A stretch of DNA of 63,807 nucleotides, counting the filler, from Choristocarpus tenellus KU-1152 (taxonomy: Eukaryota > Protista > Phaeophyceae), in NCBI GenBank assembly GCA_964200185.2. It is 11 parts of 11 records of this genome, joined end to end, with 100 filler letters (N's around TTAATTAATTAA, not from the genome) between each part and the next. Parts side by side here need not be neighbours in the genome. Positions count along the whole stretch, not along the records: positions 60,837 to 63,807 come from CAXNAD020023256.1; 10 more parts are not named here. The stretch is one strand, 5' to 3'. The position numbers and the translations under genes are program-made. Position 1 is the first letter of the stretch. Each line of letters starts with the position of its first letter. The notes beneath the pieces are model-generated. The model saw nothing but the letters and a program-made list of their open reading frames with translations, ran no database searches and was not told the DNA's origin. This document shows, piece by piece, positions 62,952-63,807 of this stretch.

Positions 62952-63741
62952 TACAACTCACGTGCTCGCGTCTAGACGTGCATGCGTTTTAACCTGGAGA
63001 GACACCAAGGAGGTGGGCAAGGAGAAGCTTGTTAGATTCTTGGAATGCTTCCCTAGTTCCTCACCCTGGCTGGGGTGCAGGACTAACCTAGGTTGGAGGC
63101 ACAACAGGAAGGCAGTGGTGCAGCATAGCCGATAGTAAAATAGTAAATAGACGGATGTCTTTTACATTTATGACAGCTGTTACTTTTGGGGGGGGAGTTC
63201 TGACATATGAATAGTTCTAGTTGGTTTTTCCTCTGACTCATCTGCAAAATGTTACAGGGCATGACAATCATAATAATACTTGGATACTCCTGTTGTACTC
63301 CTTGCTTAGGCTCAAAATGTATATTATCGTATCTCTAACATTTTCCAGATGCGTCAGGAGGGGAAAAACCAATCAATGGAAAGTCAATTCAATATATTAT
63401 TATGCCCTCTGGAACTTTGCAGATGTGCCAGGGGAAAAACTAATGAAAACTATTCACATGTCAGAAGAATCCCTAAAGAAGTAACAGTTGTCACAAATGT
63501 GAAAGATATTAATCTATTTGCTATTTTACTGTCTATTTTACTACCATCTATGTTGTACTACTGCCTTCCTGTGTCTCAAACCTATTCCTGCACCTCAGGG
63601 TGGGGAGCTAGGGAACCATCCCAAGAATCTAACTAATCCATCTTTGCCCATCTCCCTGGTGACTCCAGCTTAAAACATATAACCCGTCTAGACAGGGCTA
63701 CTTGCATTGTGACTGAGACTATCTGGCATAATAGGCGGGAT
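62952..63741. mobile_element. Foldback element with ~300 bp imperfect inverted arms
   Basis: 62952-63260 is the reverse complement of ~63402-63715, and a related copy lies at 54290-55191. Confidence 0.8.
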
Positions 63742-63745
63742 GACG

Positions 63746-63807
63746 GAGTGTAAGTATCTTAGAGGGTACGAGGTTTGCCCTGTTTGTCCATTTGGGGCTT
63801 GGCTTCC
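63746..63807 (-). mobile_element. MITE copy 3 (right end, inverted; truncated by the window end)
   Basis: GAGTGTAAGTATCTTAGAGGGTACGAGGTTTGCCCTGTTTGTCCATTTGGGGCTTGGCTTCC is the reverse complement of 6190-6250 with few differences. Confidence 0.85.

Overview
Eukaryotic, intron-rich nuclear DNA. The window is a concatenation of 11 contigs joined by artificial N44-TTAATTAATTAA-N44 spacers, so adjacency across spacers is not biological. Gene style, TTAGGG repeats and intron architecture suggest a stramenopile, possibly brown-alga-like (inference). Spliced genes reconstructed by hand: XRN1-like exoribonuclease (partial), SEC63 (5' part), a TauE/SafE-like membrane protein (complete), SRP14 (complete), UFD2/UBE4 (internal exons), a coiled-coil protein resembling the NDC80 C-terminus, a tesmin/TSO1 (LIN54-like) CRC-domain protein, RAB7 (5' part), and several hypothetical genes. 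Repeats: a ~260 bp MITE family (GAG...CTC ends, 3-bp TSDs, central palindrome) whose sister family sits at many contig breaks, a long-TIR foldback element, a ~2 kb non-autonomous LTR element, decayed Ty3/gypsy, pogo and possible LINE fragments, minisatellites and interstitial telomeric repeats. Other notable points are repeated GC-AG donors, a CpG-island versus CpG-depletion pattern, and a speculative UGA/UxxC read-through candidate. No CRISPR, rRNA or convincing tRNA was found, and no clear-cut novel multi-gene system is evident.
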